From NCBI GenBank assembly GCA_951406725.2, contig OX597814.1:182032001-182096000 (forward strand): a stretch of DNA of 64,000 nt, given 5' to 3'. The notes under the pieces are model-generated. The model saw nothing but the letters and a program-made list of their open reading frames with translations. It had not been told where the DNA came from and did not search any database. Source of the stretch: Octopus vulgaris. Its lineage: Eukaryota. Positions 11,732 to 24,081 of the stretch are shown one piece after another (the stretch's first letter is position 1; every line of letters begins with the position of its first letter). The position numbers and the translations under genes are program-made.

Positions 11732-13757
11732 AGTAGAGTAGAGTAACTTATTCAGCCCATCAGTTTTAGGTTATTTGATGTCTATATGACTTGTGAAATT
11801 TGCCTTTATAGCTGCATTTCTGGTTTCAGAAGGAGTGCTCAGTCATGATTGGCTGGAAATTAGTTGGTTGTAGCAGTATGACTTTATTTTGTGGCAGATT
11901 TTATTAACATCATCAACAAAGGTTGTTCAGTTATTGTATGGGTATGTGATTAGAATAGTATATTGATATGGGGTGGTCTTTGCACAGGCAGGATGGCAAA
12001 GTGGAAGGATACTTGCTTGCATTTTATGAGTACCAACTGTCTGCAACTATTTGATTGTATTTCTAAGATAAAATAAAAAGCTACACTTTCTCAGTTCACC
12101 TAGTTTTTGAGAATGGATTCCAGATCACATAGGAATGTTACATTTCATAGAAAAACGTTGTCAGAGAAATTTATTTCTCATCTATTTATTAGTTTAGAAT
12201 ACCATTATGTTATATTACAATGCTGAAATATCTTTTTTTATTTATATACAGAACTAAATTTGTCTTGTGACAAAGTTTATGAATGCAACCTGGTTTTCAT
12301 GTTATATGAAAAATGTCCTACTTATTTATATTCTTGGTTTTGACCCTGTGCTTGAGGAGACCTATTGAGTCAAGTACATCAACATCAAAAATCAATGGAA
12401 ATTGTAGTTGTGATCCCTGTGCTGGTGGCATGTAAAAAGCACCATCCGAACGTGGCCGATGCCAGCGCCGCCTTGACTGGCTTCCGTGCCAGTGGCACAT
12501 AAAAAGCACCAATCGATTGTGACCGTTGCCAGCCTCACCTGGCACCTGTGCCGGTGGCACGTAAAAAGCACCCACTACACTCACGGAGTGGTTGGCATTA
12601 GGAAGGGCATCCAGCTGTAGAAACACTGCCAGATCAGACTGGAGCCTGGTGCAGTCTTCTGGCTTCCCAGACCCCGGTCGAACTGTCTAACCCATGCTAG
12701 CATGGAAAACGGACGTTAAACGATGATGATGATGAATTTAAAAAAAGATTAATGCAATCACTATAAATAATCAATTTAATCAATTTTCTTCTCAGTGTAC
12801 ATCTCAACTGCATCCCCTTAATGAGTCAGTGAGGGAGCCTTTATGCAGTTGCTCAACATGCTAGTTTAAAAAAATTTAAGGACACACTGAGCAATGTAAT
12901 CTTTGAAATATATACAGACAAGATGGTCACAACTGGAAAGCTTTTACTCATAGGTGTGCTTGACCAAGGTTGAACTAGAGCAACAACAACCTCAACACAA
13001 AAACAGTCAGAGGTGGTTTAGTGCATGCAATTACACAGCTAAGACTAATTTCTAACCATCCTCAAAGTGAAGTGGCTTCAGTGCACATGACTCTGTATAG
13101 TATAAACATAACATGTGCAATATCTCAGCTAAACTTTCTGTTTGACGAACACTCCCTAACCTAGCAACAGCTAAGACATAAGTTTACTGTTCAAGAAATC
13201 TGGCCAACCTATTTATTTTAAACTCTCCACAAGATAAATAAATAAACCGGAAACTGAAGTCAAATTAGCAGACTTTGACAAACCTAGGCTCCATAGAATA
13301 CACATTTAACTCTTTAAACATTCAGATTATTCTGTCAAAAGTAATGCTTATTTATTCACATAGTCTTGAATTAATTATGCATTATCTAGTCGCCTTGAGT
13401 TTGTGATAATCATCATCATCATCGTTTAATGTCCGTTTTCCATGCTAGCATGGGTTGGACGGTTCAACCGGGGTCTGGGAAGCCAGGAGGCTGCACCAGG
13501 CTCCAGTCTGATCTGGCAGTGTTTCTACAGCTGGATGCCCTTCCTAACGCCAACCACTCTGTGAGTGTAGTGGGTGCTTTTTACGTGCCACCGAGACAGG
13601 TGCCAGGTGAGGCTGGCAACAGCCACAATCAGCCAGCCTCGATTGATTATTCTTAGAATACCATTGTTGGGAAGGTGAGAGAGGCTGGATCTGGCCAGTT
13701 TGAACATAAAACAGGTAGAATATTTTGGCTGGATACAACCAGTTTAAATGCCAATGG

Positions 13758-13984
13758 GTTAATGAGATTGCTGTGATAATTGTTCATCACTTTCTCTTAC
13801 ATCTCATATATCTTTTATTTTTAACTTGTTTCAGTCATTGGACTGTGTCCATGCTGGGGTATGGACACTCTTCAAGGCAATGCCCCAGCATGGACACAGT
13901 CCAATGACTGAAACAAGTAAAAAATAAAAGATATATGAGATGTAAGAGAAAGTGATGAACAATTATCACAGCAATCTCATTAAC
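13758..13984. repeat. Near-perfect foldback palindrome (105-bp arms, 17-bp spacer)
   Basis: 13758-13862 is the reverse complement of 13880-13984 with about 2 mismatches. The arms comprise a SINE 3' tail plus flanking sequence. Confidence 0.9.
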
Positions 13985-14900
13985 ACATAAAATGCATATT
14001 GCCTACAGCAGACCCAAAAGTGCCGTTCGAGGCAGACCACTCCCATTGCCCCACCCCTAGCTATGCTGGTGAATAGAATAAGTGCCAGGCTTTATAAAGA
14101 AAAAAAAGTACTGAAGTTGATGCATTTGACAAAAACTTCAAGGCGGTGCCTCAGCATGGCCATAGTCTAATGACTGAAACAAGTAAAAGGTTTTAGAAGT
14201 TTAAAGGCACACCAGAAATGTTCTAACGCCAACCACTCCGTGAGTGTAGTGGGTGCTTTTTACATGCCACTGGCACAGGGGCCAGAGGAGGCTGGCAATG
14301 GCCACAATCGGTTGGTGCTTCAGACCAATAAAATCCAAGTCATTTGAATGGTGGTGTAACCCTGATTGGTTGTCTACATACTCCTTTATAATTCATATTT
14401 CAGTATGGAGCCATCTTTATGCAGATTAGCCAGGCATTATCTAACAGAAAGAGGAGGTTCAGTTCTTTGTTTTGATGTAATGCATAAGTTACCATTCTGC
14501 AGCACAACAATGAAGTGTATGTATGTCAGTAAGAGGTAAACAATTCATATTATAGTAGTAGATCTTTGAGAGGACATCAACAGGAATATAATCAATCCCT
14601 AGATGAAATTGAATGACATATATATAAAAACAACATTGCCCTGCTCTCAAGTTCTTTTTTCTGGATCTAGCTGAAGGCTGAAACATAAATGAACTGCATA
14701 TTTTCCAGAAAACAAGAAAATATTTTCACCATTCCATAGCAAAACTTTGACAGTTTTTGATATCTTGGCATCTGAAGTAGCTGGAGATATGATAATTTGA
14801 CCAACAGAACTGGCTATTTCAAGCAAAAATAAATACTGAAAAAAATGCATTTGGCCAAATTTGGACATACAACAGTTTAAAATAATAGCAATGATGTATG

Positions 14901-14983
<83 letters not shown>

Positions 14984-16734
14984 AAGTTAGGAAGGGCATC
15001 CAGCTGTAGAAACACTGCCAGATCTGACTGGGCCTGACGAAGCCTTCCAGCTTCACAGACCCCAGTTGAACCGTCCAACCCATGCTAGCATGGAAAGCGG
15101 ACGCTAAATGATGATGATGATGATGATGGAAGGCGGACGTTAAATGATGATATATATATATAACAATACAAGTAAACAGAGTTTAACAAAAATCAAGGAA
15201 GCAAATAATATCTATTGATGAATAATACTTTAAAAATATTTAGCTTAACAGTTTTGCCCAGTAAAACATGTTTCCTTACATGTAGGCTTTCAATAATAGC
15301 TGCAGCTTCCTTTTTAAAAGTAGGACAATGTCTTGAGCGAGCTTGAAAAAAAAGTTATTGGTCATCCCTCTTGGGAGAGAGTAGCTATTAAAGCCACTTC
15401 AGATGCCATCAGTAGCTACAACCAATGAATTTATGATGAGCAATATAGAATGAGCAATTACTTCAGAAATTATTTTCTTCAGCTTTTCAAGGGTCACAAC
15501 TGCTTTAATTCAGTGGTTCTCAACTCTTATTTTTGCCGATGGACACCTTTGATTCATATTTTACTCTACTGGACCTCCATAGCCATTTGAGGTGTATAAA
15601 ACAACATCCTACTATATTTTTATAATCAAATATTATTAGGAATTGTATAGAAAAATTAAAATATTTTGCATATTGCAGAAGTATAAGCAATTTATTGCAC
15701 ATAAATTTTAACCCAGGTACAGGATTGGCTGTGTAGTAAGTAGCTTGCTTACCAACCACATGGTACTGGGTTCAGTCCCACTGCGTGGCATCTTGAGCAA
15801 GTGTCTTCTGCTATAGCCTCAAGCTGACCAAAGCCTTGTGAGTGGATTTGGTAGACGGAAACTGAAAGAAGCCCGTCGTATATATGTATGTATATGTGTA
15901 TGTTTGTGTGTCTGTGACTGTGTCTGTCCCCCTAGCATTGCTTGACAACTGATGCTGGCGTGTTTATGTCCTCGTCACTTAGCGGTTCAGCAAAAGAGAC
16001 CGATAGAATAAGTACTAGGCTTACAAAGAATAAGTCCCGGGATCGATTTGCTCAACTAAAGGTGGTGCTCCAGCATGGCCACAGTCAAATGACTAAAACA
16101 AGTAAAAGAGTAAAGAGTAATATGGATCACCAAGGTTGAGAATCCGTGCTTCAGTGGATAAGCAGAAGGAAGATGAATCCATTGGCGGTTGTATTACATA
16201 CAAATATCTTGGAATCTCCTTGCATAATAAATGAATGACCCAATATTTTTGGATAAGCTTTTGGAAACTACAGAAACTTTAAGCTTCAGTAATGGTTCTA
16301 ACTATTGAGGACCGAGAGAAAATGAGTCTTTAGCAGTCAGATATCCAAAGATTGCAATAGTAGTTTCTACTTCCCATTATTAAAGTAAACCTGTAATCTT
16401 TAATATTTGTCAGAAATTGGTAGATTCATGTCATGTTCTATGATGTTTTTTTTGCAAATAACAGTGTCTAGCAATAGACCAGTTAGTTTATTACTGGTGA
16501 TAAAATCAGTCATCATACTCTGGAAAATGGCATTACTGGCACTACCAAAAGCAGTCTAGAGTATAAAAATAGCCTTTCATCAGTCTCAAAAAAGTAAAGA
16601 GTTTTTCCTCCATTCAAAGAGGGTTTTGGTAGCAAGTATTTCTTAGATCTAGTTAACTAAGAAATTTTAAAGCAAGTATTATGCACCATTTGTCAAGTAA
16701 TGATGGTGGTGGTGGAATAAACATAAACACAAAT

Positions 16735-18560
16735 CATCACCATCATCATTTAATATCTGCTTTCTACACTGGCATGGGTAGGACAGTTTAACAGGAACTG
16801 ACAAGTCAGAAAACTGTGCTAAGCTTTAATGTTTGCCTTGAAATGGTTTCTATAGCTGGATGCCCTTCCTAACACCAACCACTTTACAGAAGGTACTGGG
16901 TGCTTTTCATGTGGCACTAGCACAAATGAGGTTACCAAGTAACCTGCAAGACTGAAGGGGTGTACTATTCAGGGAGGTAGCTTTGTGCCAAGTATGATAG
17001 AAGGACAAGAACAGGTGTCTGGCAGTAGAGAAAATACAAAGCTACTCCAGTTGGAAAAGGAGAGAAGACAGTGCAGCAATACGAGGGTGTACCCTCAAGT
17101 TACAGGAAGCTGAATATAAGAGAGAATATGAACAGAAGATTGGAAAGGGTGAATGGGTAGGTAAGATTGTAAGAGTAGGAAAGGAGAATGGCAGATGAAT
17201 AGAGGTGGATGCAGTGAATAGTGAATGGGTGGAAGTGAGGTCAATGGCAAATATCAGCTTGGAGGAAGGAGGGCAGAAAATGGGTCAGGGAGATGATAGG
17301 CAGTAGCACAGGCAATGTGGAGTGTGGGTGGTGTGTGAGAGATGCACAATACCAGGGACGAGGTCAGGGTTACAGGGAAGGATGAACGAAAGTAGTGGGG
17401 GCTTAATGAAAGGGTGTACAGGAGGATAGTGGATGTGAAAGGGGGAGTCAGGGGAAATACGATGGTAAAGGATGATGCTGAGAGTGTGAGATACAAAGTA
17501 AATGGTTCTCATATAGTTATAATATCTGAGTGAATAGTGCTATAGTCAGAAGTGTCATTGAGGGTAGGTGTTATGAAGATGAGTTGTGGGGAAGAGACAC
17601 ATTAGGAACAGTTTAGGTCAGGGGTATAGACATAATTTTAGGGCCTCATTTGTGCTGATATGGATGAATCCATTTGAGCACAAAAAATCACCAATCATCT
17701 TGATAATTTGTCATCTCTTCTGTGAGATTCAACATCTGGAAATTATTCTTCACTACTTTGTCCCACATCTTCCTGAGTCGCCCTCTTCCACTTGTCCCAT
17801 CCACTTTTAGCTATCTTCATCCATGTGCCTCACATGACTATACCTGTACAGCCTTCTCTCTTATACACTATAACAGATTCCACTTGTGCACAATGTTTCT
17901 CTCAACACATTTTCACTTTGTTGTACATGCACACTGACATTGTACATCCTGCAGAGCATGCTAGTTTCATTTCTCTCTAGCTTTTAGAAGTCCTCTGCAT
18001 TCATGGTCCACATTTCACTGCCATGTTGCATAGCTATTTGTACTCACACATAATGCACATTGTTTGTACTCACACATAATGCACAATGTTTGTACTCACA
18101 CATAATGCCTTTCATCTGAGAGAGTGGACTTTTGTTAACAATAGAGATAAGCTCTTTGAACTTTCTCCATCCTATTCTCATTCTAGCAGCTATGCTTTCA
18201 GAGCAAACTCCTCCACTGATAATTAGGTCACCTAGGAAACCAGAGCTATCTACTACCTCTAAGAATCCTCCCAGACATTTGAGAAAATCTATTTTCTGTA
18301 CATTCTTACTATGTACTGTTTCTCTGCATCTGCCACACAAAGTTTGCTTTTCCTGTTAACCTTCCTGTGATTCTGCTACACCTCTCATGTGTCCACAGAT
18401 TGCACAGGCTATTCCATATGGAATTTCTTTCAACACTTTTTCTACATATCAAACAGGACCATTTTCCTGAAAAAATTTGCATTTTTTTTCTGACTTACGA
18501 GAACTTTGGTCTTTGCTAAGTTAATTTTAAGGCCCTTTGGTTCCAGGTTTTTTCCCCCCA
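16735..18560 (-). mobile_element. Older RTE LINE copy with long pyrimidine-rich 3' UTR
   Basis: FLGDLIISGGVCSESIAARMRIGWRKFKEL. The purine-rich (plus-strand) tract at 16950-17620 lies between the ORF end and the shared tail. Confidence 0.75.
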
Positions 18561-19295
18561 CACATGGAATATCATTGACAAGCTCCCATACAGCTACTGT
18601 CTTACCAAATTCACTTACAAGGCATTATTTGACCTGGGACTCTTAATACAAAACACTTGTCTAAGGTACTGCTCAATAAGACTGGACCTGAAACGATGTG
18701 GTTGCAAAGCAAGTGTCTTAACCACACAGCCATGCTTGCAACTAAGTGAGGTCTCTTTATCATGGGGTAAAATACACTGGGACACTCCACTCATAAGTTC
18801 AACTTTTTTATAAGTTGAAATAAGACATTATGGGAATCATAAATTAACTGGTTTTTAATTAGTGGATGATAAATTTCACAAGGGTCTTCTCTTCCAAATA
18901 TAGTAGAATTGGTCTTTTTTTTTTACAGTCATCTATTGCAGCCGCCCAAAAATTTTAATTCTAGAGTATTGAGCCAAGTATGTGACCTTGTACTTAATGA
19001 AGTTACGTTGAGTGCTGAAGGATATTAAATTACGTCCGGTAATGTACTTTTCCAAATCTAATAAGGAAGTCCTGTTGTAAACTGTTTACTTACAACAAAC
19101 CCATAGATGCAAATGGATTTTCTTTTCTTTAAAACTCCGACTCGTCTGAACAAGAATTAATAAAATGAACGAAACTGCTTTCGTTGAACTGTGACCATGT
19201 TAAACAGCACTAATCACCTGATCATCGGATTGATTCAGATATATAGTAAGCATGTAAATATTGTGAAGCATGCAACGCTACCATTTGAATGCTAT

Positions 19296-19420
19296 AAAAA
19301 CTGAATTTAGGGCTGTCAGCGAGACAGCAATGTAAACGAAGTGAAATGACGACAGCTGGGAATCGAAACCGGTCCGCGACCAGATTCGCAGGAAGCTTTC
19401 CGCCCCACTCTGCATTGTGT
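19296..19420 (-). other. tRNA-like Pol III promoter unit (old SINE head or small ncRNA)
   Basis: A-box-like TGCAGAGTGG, B box GGTTTCGATTCCC, and a downstream T5. CpG-rich and unlike the other SINEs here. Confidence 0.4.
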
Positions 19421-20245
19421 TAGTTATAACGGAAATATAATTAAACACGAAAATATTGAAGCAAAAATGTTTTAACATGTATTATAACAGACTGAATAAT
19501 AATTAATGACGACCCTCAAAGCATACAGAAAAATGTCTTAAGTTTAGAGACAAATAGAGAAGTTTGTAATGTATCAGATATAGATCCAAGAGATGGGTAA
19601 TTTTTCTTGACATTAAAATGCCCTACATAATAATCAGTGTTAAATCTCCAACGTTTACGTAGTAATTAACATTCAATTCAGTCTTTAAAAAACCCCAGCT
19701 TATTATAGTGTTGGTTTCTGAATTTATTAATGAATAAAACAGCGATGGTTTAGGTTGGTTTCCATCAAATGCAGACAGGAAGGATAGACAGGATCTACAT
19801 TTATCTTCTCTATGTACAAGACCAAGTTGATATTTAATAGAAATACAAGTAATCGATCGGAAAAAATAAAACAACATTTGGGTTATATATTCATGTATCA
19901 AGAAAATATGAGTAGCAAAGGAAGACAAGGAAAATTATGATGTAACATTAGACGTTTTTGTCAATTCTTTAATATCAACAAGGTCTAAAGAATTTAGTAT
20001 AATACTGATTTAAAGGATCGGCATTAAATATTGAGTATAAAACACTAGTCTGTACATATATTTTTTAAAATTTAAGTAAGAATTATTTCTAAGACTGGAA
20101 TTAATCAAGTGCGAGGCGTGTCTTTTGTTTTTAGCGAATTTATGCATTTGTCAATGTTTTCTCAAGTGTCAATTAAGGGCTTTGAAAGAAGAAAGATTTC
20201 ATGCTTCGTAACAAATTAAATAATTTATGAGCATAAAAAACAAAC

Positions 20246-20307
20246 CTATTCTCGGCTGTTCGCATATGTGCATGGCCTTCGTTTAGTTTTTTCTCATTCA
20301 TAGCCAT
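20246..20307 (-). CDS. NAPG: gamma-SNAP (NSF attachment protein gamma), coding exon 1
   Basis: Reads MAMNEKKLNEGHAHMRTAEN-AG|GTTTG, resembling the gamma-SNAP N-terminus (human MAAQKINEGLEHLAKAEK). Phase 2 end joins exon 2 in frame. Confidence 0.9.
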
Positions 20308-20811
20308 GATCTCTTGTAAAAAGGGAAATTGTAATTATTATTATCGCTCACAAATGATCAACTTTGAACTACAACATTAGCACTACTTGAGAACATAAGC
20401 GGTCTCGCTTCTCTCAAGAAAGTCAGTTCTTCATTTTCGTATCATCTACAGAAAGGAGGGGGGGGGCAATAAAACTACTCTAAAAGTGAAATATCGTTTC
20501 CTTATTATTGTTACTATTTTACAGATAAATAAGTTTTCTCTTTTCTTTTTAAAAGCGAACCGAAATAATATATTTTTCTCTCGCATTTACGTCACTGTAA
20601 ACCTGATATAACCCGTTATGTTCACATAGCAATCAGCTGTTTATTATTTTCGTGTAGCTTATTTTGACGAGAAATAATGCCCTTCGGATAATTTTGAATA
20701 ACATGTACTGTTCAAAACAACAGCAACAACATAAAACTAGAGAGAAAAAATAAATGGCATCGCTAAATTATATCACATAAAAGAAATACTTCCCAACGGC
20801 TTCCTGAAAAC
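20308..20811. promoter_or_regulatory. Bidirectional promoter region shared by NAPG and TCAIM
   Basis: Divergent ATGs are 504 bp apart. The region has no recognisable repeats, retains CpG, and has a CRE-like TTACGTCA at 20587-20594. Confidence 0.7.
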
Positions 20812-20846
20812 ATGTTTACAAAAATGTTAAGAGTACTTTCTTCCAA
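20812..20846 (+). CDS. TCAIM: TCAIM coding exon 1 (start of putative mitochondrial presequence)
   Basis: ATG...MFTKMLRVLSS-AA|GTAAGT. Phase 2 joins exon 2 in frame. The peptide is basic and hydroxylated with no acidic residues, as expected of a mitochondrial targeting sequence. Confidence 0.75.
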
Positions 20847-21452
20847 GTAAGTAACGCAAACAATAATAAAAAGCTTCGAGGGAAATTTATTTCGAACTTA
20901 AACGAGGCATTTAAATTACTTTAAGATAATGCGTTAGTGATATCATTATTCTGAAAACATTTGAATAATTTATTTCCATTGCTTTTATTCATTTATATTC
21001 ATTTATTATTTTATGTTGATTTATGCAAAACTCAACAACCTGAAGGTTATCTATGAACATGTGCTTCTGATTCTTTGAATAACATTTTGAAAGTTGATCC
21101 TTAAAAGATTTTTGTTGACAGACATGTTAATTTTATTTTTTAAATAATTTTTTTTTCTATTAATTCTCTTGTCTGACGTTTAGCACAAATATGACAATAA
21201 AATACTTCATTTATACGAGTATGTTTCTTACAAAATTTGAAAGAAGTTTATTCAAATCTAAACAAAAAGCAGAGGTCAACATTGACCACAAACGAGAAAA
21301 GAATTTTCAATGATGTTAAGAAGTTTATATCTCGCAAGCCTCACAATGCAGATATAATTAATCATACTAGTAATTGCTTTTTCTCCTCAATTCCATGCAA
21401 AATTTATTGTTTTGAATGCAAATCTATGGTATTATTTAAATGTCTTCTTCAG

Positions 21453-21582
21453 GAAACATCTCTGCTATCATTTGTGTTCAAAAGTAAAACGAAATATGAA
21501 CACTAGTGAAGTGGCTGCTGCACTCCGTCCTTTCTATTTTGCTGTTCACCCCGACATGTTTGGACAATATCCTAAAGAAAGG
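21453..21582 (+). CDS. TCAIM: TCAIM (T-cell activation inhibitor, mitochondrial; DUF4460) coding exon 2
   Basis: TTCTTCAG|...|GTAAGA. Encodes ...EVAAALRPFYFAVHPDMFGQYPKER, near-identical to the human signature ALRPFYFAVHPDFFGQHPVER (J-domain-like HPD). Confidence 0.95.
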
Positions 21583-21763
21583 GTAAGATTCTGCTTCATT
21601 CATTCTCTATGTGACATCGCAGACAGCGGGTGAAAATTATGTTAGGAAGACTTGAATCGAGTTCTTGAATTTTGCAAAATTTTAACTTGTTGATATTAGT
21701 TGAAAAGATAGATTCCACGACTTGAAGTTATCGATATTTTTTTAATGCGTGCGTACATACACA

Positions 21764-21815
<52 letters not shown>

Positions 21816-21820
<5 letters not shown>

Positions 21821-22103
21821 TAATCAAAATAAAAACATGATGCCAAGGATTCAGCGGTACATATGTTTCGGGCCTTTATTAGACGGATTTATAACAATGC
21901 ATAATGTGTGTCTATGGCCTTCTTCAGCCGCGCACAATTACCACCTCAAGGACATGTATTACATCAAAAATTCTACGAATTTTGAAGAATTCTGAAGAAG
22001 GCCATAGACACACATTATGCATTGTTATAAATCCGTCTAATAAAGGCCCGAAACATATGTACCGCTGAATCCTTGGCATCATGTTTTTATTTTGATTAAT
22101 TTA
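21816..22103. repeat. Perfect inverted repeat, 112-bp arms (Penelope-like pseudo-LTR inversion)
   Basis: 21816-21927 is the reverse complement of 21992-22103. It abuts a (TA)n tract and both arms contain the hammerhead core. Confidence 0.9.
21854..21931 (-). ncRNA. Type I hammerhead ribozyme in an inverted pseudo-LTR
   Basis: Minus strand reads GCGG CTGAAGA AGGCC-ATAGAC...GTCTA..-GGCCC GAAACATATGTA^ CCGC, with palindromic stem III ACATATGT. Confidence 0.8.
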
Positions 22104-22149
22104 CTCCACCACCTACACCACCAAACGGTATATACAGGTGCTTACAATT

Positions 22150-22755
22150 ATCAAGTACTCACCCTGAATTTCTATACCGTACGACAGGCACCCATGCCAA
22201 CCCCCTTTGCTTGTGAAGACATGTTGGGGCAAGCGAAATTGAAATCGAATTGAACCAGCCAGGATCCCTGGTCTGGTGGTACGTAAAAAGCACTATCCGA
22301 CTCGTGGCCGTGGCACGTAAAATACTCCAATGCGACCGTACGACAGGCACCCATGCCAACCCCCTTTGCTTGTGAAGACATGTTGGGGCAAGCGAAATCG
22401 AAATCGAATTGAACCAGCCAGGATCCCTGGTCTGGTGGTACGTAAAAAGCACTATCCGACTCGTGGCCGATGCCAGCACCGCCTCGACTGGCTTCCGTGC
22501 CGGTGGCACATAAAATACACCAATCTGACCGTGGCCGTTGCCAGCCCCGCCTGGCACCTGTGCAGGTGGCACATAAAAAGCACCCACTACACTCACGGAG
22601 TGGTTGGCGTTAGGAAGGGCATCCAGCTGTAGAAACATTGCCAGATTAGACTGGAGCCTGGTGCAGCCTTCTGGCTTCCCAGAACCCCGGTCGAACCGTC
22701 CAACCCATGCTAGCATGGAGAACGGACGTTAAACGACGATGATGACGATGATGAT
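22150..22755 (+). mobile_element. Solo RTE 3'-UTR copy (representative of about 20 in the window)
   Basis: Same tail at approx. 4731-4867 (flanked by CTAACTCA duplication), 7858-8182, 12345-12735, 13408-13640, 14985-15150, 23370-23785, 30538-30830, 31985-32308, 33987-34313, 34895-35266, 35345-35560, 37290-37514, 38559-38950, 59631-59855 and 63945-64000. This copy has an internal ~158-bp tandem duplication. Confidence 0.85.
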
Positions 22756-22807
22756 ATATATATATATATATATCCACTCGCTAGAGAGGCCTTAAGCCAA
22801 CAGGTTT

Positions 22808-22870
22808 TGGGATCTGATGATACGCCATAAAGCTAAGCCCTTTATGGACGTGAAACCTAACGTAATCCTA
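22808..22870 (+). ncRNA. Type I hammerhead ribozyme (first of tandem pair)
   Basis: TGGGAT CTGATGA T-ACG-CCATAAAG..CTTTATGG-A-CGT GAAAC CTAAC GTA^ ATCCTA. Distal stem I extension GTTT/AAAC and AGGCC/GGCCT. Confidence 0.8.
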
Positions 22871-22886
22871 TAAACAGGCCTTATCT

Positions 22887-22923
<37 letters not shown>

Positions 22924-23017
22924 TTAGTAAATCATAAACCTGAAATAGAAGCACACTCTAAGTTATAGAGCAGTAGAGTTTATAAAGTGAGAGAGGCCAT
23001 AGGCCAAAGGGTTTTAA

Positions 23018-23074
23018 GGTCTGAAGAAATGCTGTAAAGCTAAACGTTTTATGGACGTGAAACCCAAGGTAACC
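23018..23074 (+). ncRNA. Type I hammerhead ribozyme (second of tandem pair)
   Basis: GGT CTGAAGA A-ATG-CTGTAAAG..TTTTATGG-A-CGT GAAACC-CAA-GGTA^ ACC. Stem I is partly eroded. Confidence 0.72.
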
Positions 23075-24034
23075 CCAAAGACAGGCTATATTTATTTTTA
23101 TCTATCTATCTACCTATCTATACACATATACCCCCTCCCCACACACATATAGACATGCATGCATGTAAGTAGTGGTGAAGTGATGCAAGTGATTAGTGAC
23201 ATCACTTAGGAAAAACAAATTTGGCAAAGCACAGCAAAAAGTGGTGGACAATCATGTTTGCTGAAAATGTAGTGAGTATATTTGCCATTTCAATTAAAAT
23301 ACCTTATAATTGTACAAGTGCTTCAATACATTTGTATTATTTCAGAGGTTTGAAACGGATCATTATTTTCATTCAACATCAATGGAAATTGTAGCTGTGA
23401 TACCAGTGCCGGTAGCACTTAAGCGAACCATCCGAATGTGGCCGTTGCCAGCGCCGCCCCCGACGGGCTTCGTGCCGGTGGCATGTAAAAAGCACCATCC
23501 GATCGTGGCTGTTGCCAACCTCGCCTGGCCACCGTGCCAGTGGTATGTAAAAAGTGCCATCCGATCGTGGCTGTTGCCAGCCTCGCCTGGCACCTGTGCC
23601 GGTGGCACGTAAAAAGCACCCACTACACTCATGGAGTGGTTGGCGGTAGGAAGGGCATCCAGCCGTAGAAACATTGCCAGATCAGACTGGGCCTGGTGCA
23701 GCCTTCTGGCTTCCTAGACCTCAGTTGAACCGTCCAACCCATGCTAGCATGGAAAGCGGATGCTAAATGATGATGATGATGATCATCATCATTGTTTTAA
23801 CATCTACCTGTTCTTAGATGGTATTCAATGGGGAAGATTTTTCTGTAGCCTGATATCTTCCCTGTCACCAAGTCTCACCTGCTTTTAAGTAAGGTAATGT
23901 TTCTCGTTGGCCAGGCATGTTTCGAGGCAAGACTAGACATAAATGACATTGCTTGTATGAGTATGATGGTTATTTATAGTTATCATACAATGTCAAAACC
24001 AGGAGATGCAAACACATATACACTCACAAATATA

Positions 24035-24081
<47 letters not shown>

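Noticed and set aside
14480-16630. Possible minus-strand hAT transposase remnant split by SINE/LINE insertions
   Set aside because: Only vague motif similarity; cannot be supported by eye.
21237-21506. 89-aa ORF upstream of TCAIM exon 2
   Set aside because: Different frame from the TCAIM exon, non-ATG start, AT-rich intronic sequence.
21992-22065. Plus-strand hammerhead core in the right arm of the palindrome
   Set aside because: Lacks the 5' strand of stem I (GAATT cannot pair with CCGC), so it is not counted as a complete ribozyme.
22159-22716. 185-aa ORF and many similar ORFs containing FLQLDALPNANHSVSVVGAF
   Set aside because: These are antisense translations of the RTE 3'-UTR repeat, recurring at many copies; not genes.
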